Assembly: GCA_030704615.1 (NCBI GenBank)
Contig: CM060733.1
Coordinates: 63,550,001-63,614,000, forward strand
Length of the DNA stretch: 64,000 nucleotides
Source of the DNA: Takakia lepidozioides
Taxonomy: Eukaryota; Plantae; Bryophyta
Direction: 5' to 3'
Position numbers and translations under genes: made by a program. Under the pieces are notes generated by a model. That model was not told the DNA's origin. It saw only the letters and a program-made list of their open reading frames with translations, and searched no databases. Below, one piece after another: positions 60,331 to 64,000 of the stretch. Position 1 is the first letter of the stretch, and every line of letters begins with the position of its first letter.

Positions 60331-62397
60331 CAAAAAAAATTTATCGGATGCAGGGGTTCTTGTAATGATCCAGTCCGTCACTACGAAATGTTGACGGGAG
60401 CTTGCAAGCTATCTCAAGACCTCGGGGATGAAGATCATCAAAACATCGAATGGTATGAACAACCTGTACTTGACAAAAGGCGATTGTCCGGGACAAATGG
60501 TAATCGACCTTCTCTTGCCTACTTCATTTGAAGTTCAATTTCACCCCTCCAGAAATGAGTGTGCCAACGCACTCAATATTGGAGGGTTCAAGCACTGTTC
60601 TTTCTAGATGTTTTTTTGGGCATTCATTCATATGTGTGTAGACCCGCATTTTTGAGGCCGTTTGCCTTGTCAGGGTGCACCCTTCTTCGACTCCCTCAGC
60701 ATTGAAGGAGTTCAGGCTTCATGGGGGAGGTTCCAAATTAGAAAAAAAATGAGGCCAAAGAAAAGCTGTCCCAAGGCCATTTGTGCCCTATAGCCGCTCA
60801 AGGCGGGCAGAAATATTTTGGTCGATTTCAACTGCCACGGTGGCAACATGGTTGCCACGTGTGTTTTCGCGCGCCTCCCCGCCGGCTCCTTCTGGCGCGC
60901 TTCTTGCACACAGTTCAGCTACTGCTCAAGCTCCCGCTCTGCACTCAAGCTCCCGCTTAGCTGCCCAAGCATGCCAGTGACTTGATGGTGTTGTCTTCGT
61001 AGGGTATGCTACAACCGTTTTGGATTTATAGGTTGGGATGCTGACATCGGGCTCTACTGCATGGTCTCATCTTCACTTTGGTACATCAGCTCTTGCATAA
61101 GGTGCTCGTTGAGCACTCAGTGGCTTAGAAGGCAGCTTCAATTGATGAGCGGTAGCCTTAATCTGGTGGTCAGTCATTTGTTCAACCCCTTTGGTGATAT
61201 TTTAGTGCAAAAGAGTCTTCAGGAAGAGAGAGGCTCTGGAATCTTCTACTACACATTGTATGAAAGAGTCTTTAGGAAGACGACCCTGTGTATACAGAAC
61301 ACTTGGCTGTGACAGTGCTGGCCTGGGCAATCACAATGATATCAATGCTTTTCTTTTAAAGACAGATGAAAACGTCACATTAATGCCAACGTAGAGAGAG
61401 AACTAACTTGGGGGGATGATGTCGAATGATTTCTGAAGTGTGCTGCAGAATGGCCTTCAACCAAAAGAGCATCTTAGTGCTAAGGTAGACCGCAACATTT
61501 CTTCCTGCTAGACTAAGTTCTTGATTAACAGTCTTGGATTTTCAGGTTCCGGCAGCGACTCTCTACAGCAATTACACATTTAATCATAAATATTTGATGT
61601 AACTGATTACCTGTACTGTACGTCTCTTCAAACTTGATCAATTCAAAAATCTTCCCGCACGCCACCTCTCCATTCTACTGTCAGGACTGCTTGCCTTTCC
61701 ATCGTTAGCCAATATCTGTTGGAACAGAGATCGCATGGGGAGAGATGGCGACGAGATACTCATTGTATGTATTCTATGGCTTGAGTAGAGAAGATACTCA
61801 TCTTCTATGCTATGGCTTCTGTAGGCCTATTGGTGACGGTTTGTGCATCACAGTCTACTTCAGGTTTGGGCTTCGCTTGGCTTTTGAAATGTTTCTTGTT
61901 TTAAAATGGTGCTCTGAAGGATGGACAAATTGAGGACAAAGATCTGCATGAGCATACTACGAAGCTGTCGCCTTGTCACATAAACGACATTTTCAACTTC
62001 CAGCCAGACCGTTCTGATTACTCGACCTGCTCTCAGCATGGGATGAGCACAAACAAGAAGCAAACACTTGAAACGAGGGACTTTGGAGAGGTACATCCTC
62101 TCCCTTCCAGGTCTCTTTTGCAAAATTTCTGATTTCTGATGTTCTCCATCTACTTATTTGAGAGCTGGTTGTGACTAGGAATATATCTTATCCCACTCAG
62201 CAAGTAGTGTTCATGTGTAGTTATTGACTGTGGGTGATGGCCACAATGTAACCCATGTCAAAGGCACTCAAACCCTGTAGCAATGAGCCTCTTAGGTCAA
62301 GATTTGTGGGAAGCAGGCAGAGTTAACCTATTCAAAAAGTAGAGAGGTCTATCTCTACATACCTAGACTTCGCCTCCCATTTTTGAGTTACGTGCAA

Positions 62398-62472
62398 AGG
62401 GAGTGCTTAACAATATGGCTGAACCAGATGGCGTGTCGTGGGGGGAAATGATTGCATGATCTGTATAGCAGG
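62398..62472 (+). pseudogene. Tiny PPR remnant
   Basis: KGVLNNMAEPDGVSWGEMIA*SV*Q matches the local S-P junction consensus. Confidence 0.55.
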
Positions 62473-62677
62473 CCGAGCAGGGGTGTAGATGCATATATTG
62501 ATACAAATTTCTTTTCAGATCGTTTTTGATCTTAAGGCAGACAGTTTAGGCATTGTACTGCCAAAGCAGGGCAGTTTGCGAGTTATCTGGGAATCGCTGG
62601 TAAAGCACGTAGGAATTTAGATTATGTCTGAGACGACCATGGAGGAGCTCTGGCGTCAAAATGACCGTAGGGAGCTG

Positions 62678-64000
62678 AGTCGAGCGGCTTTTACTCACCC
62701 ATCCCTTCGCTATCCGAGGTGGAAACTCCAAGATAGAAGAGTTGGATATCTCTAAGCACTCAGCCCGCTCAAAACAATCAGTCATGACCTGCAGCTAGTG
62801 AATCATGGTTGTGCTTCCTATTTGTATTCCTTCTTGCCTTCATGTTATCAATTTACCTTACCGTGTATACTGAAGCATCAGATTGCATCAGTATCTATTA
62901 AGTTCCAGTTAATCATGCATTCATTCCACAGCTTTACTCATGTCACTCTACACAGTGTGTTTGTATTGAATAAGTATCAGATTATGATTTATCAGGTATC
63001 AGGCCAATGCCATGGTGACTCTAATCTGCCCTACCGTATCACTACAGCTCTGCAGGTAATCAACATCTACTGTTCATCTTTCCTCCTCTTGCTCCCCGCC
63101 TGATCTCTTCTCATGCATGACCCAGAAGCGCTCCCCGTGAAGTGTCCTCCTTTCCGTTGCCGCTCTCCTTATCTGCCCGCAAGCTGTTCTAACCACCTAA
63201 CTAATTAACCGTCATCCCTAAAGTAACACGTTCCTTCTGCAGATGTCGTTCCCTCACAGTCGTTCCCTGTCAATGATAATTGTTCCCCATGTACTGTGAC
63301 AGGCTGTGTCAAGCTGTGCCGAGCTGTGACTGGCTGTGTCGGGCTGTGACGGGCTGTGCAAAGCTGTGGCGTGCTATGTCGGGCTGTGACTGGCTGTGTT
63401 GGGCTGTGTTGGGCTGTGACGGGTTGTGTAAAGCTGTGTCGGGCTGTGTAACCCCCCCTAAAGCTTGCTGCTGCCACCCCTAAGGCTCCTGTTGGTCTTA
63501 ATCTGCGCAAAAATTAAGGGTACCCCACAGAACCCGTAAAAGCGTCTAAGTCCCAAGCAGCCCTCTAACATTTATCCCTCCCCCTCTCAAAAAGCCGTGT
63601 CCTCACGGTTTACTGTTTGGGATTAGCAAACCTTTGTGAGCGAGCACCCCTCTGACGGTGAGAGTCTCGTGAAGGACTCTGTGTGCGAGCCCGAATCCTG
63701 TCACTGGTTGACGGAGATGATTGAGCACTACCTGGAAATGTCTGACCTTCCTTTGGCTGATAACGAGGTAACCTCTCAGGCATAGGAGATCCCTGTTGTT
63801 TCTTCTCTGCCATCTGAATTGCATAGTCCTCTGCCATGTCAAAAGAGTCCGCTGAAGAAACAGTAGTATCAGAATCCTCGTCTCCCCTTAGGTGTTTTAA
63901 CGGCCGAACTTTAAGTGGAATCCTGTGTGGCATACAATGTTGTCCAACCATATCTGATACGCAAAATTAGTGAACGTCCTGAACTCCTTATCTGTATAGG
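62678..64000 (-). mobile_element. Family B 3' LTR (63570-62678), PPT and accessory ORF end; continues beyond the window
   Basis: LTR shares diagnostic indels with 41127-41998; terminal base mutated; outer flank CAGCT; 63600-64000 matches 46350-46800. Confidence 0.92.

Overview
Repeat-dominated nuclear DNA from a land plant, probably seed-free (inferred from PLS/E-class PPR genes and the Ty3/gypsy types). 1-1.9 kb: exons of an unidentified minus-strand gene. 3.3-15.6 kb: decayed PLS-class PPR genes in two convergent blocks. They are joined to OSB-type PDF ssDNA-binding motifs and interleaved with orphan fragments of NSN1/GNL3, kinesin-14 and SUMO, a hAT MITE, a tRNA-derived SINE and LINE pieces. 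19-30 kb: an apparently intact 7-exon RNase H1 gene whose introns hold same-strand LINE fragments. 31.9-35.9 kb: the main highlight, a decayed retroelement encoding gag, zinc knuckle, aspartic protease and a C5 cytosine DNA methyltransferase (motifs I-VIII), with the protease and methyltransferase in one frame. 38-64 kb: nested Ty3/gypsy elements. One large element (open 962-aa pol plus a 3' accessory ORF) is split by a 5.8-kb nested block; its two LTRs share the TSD CAGCT but lie in opposite orientation, which indicates an inversion. All calls come from reading the sequence by eye; no searches were run.
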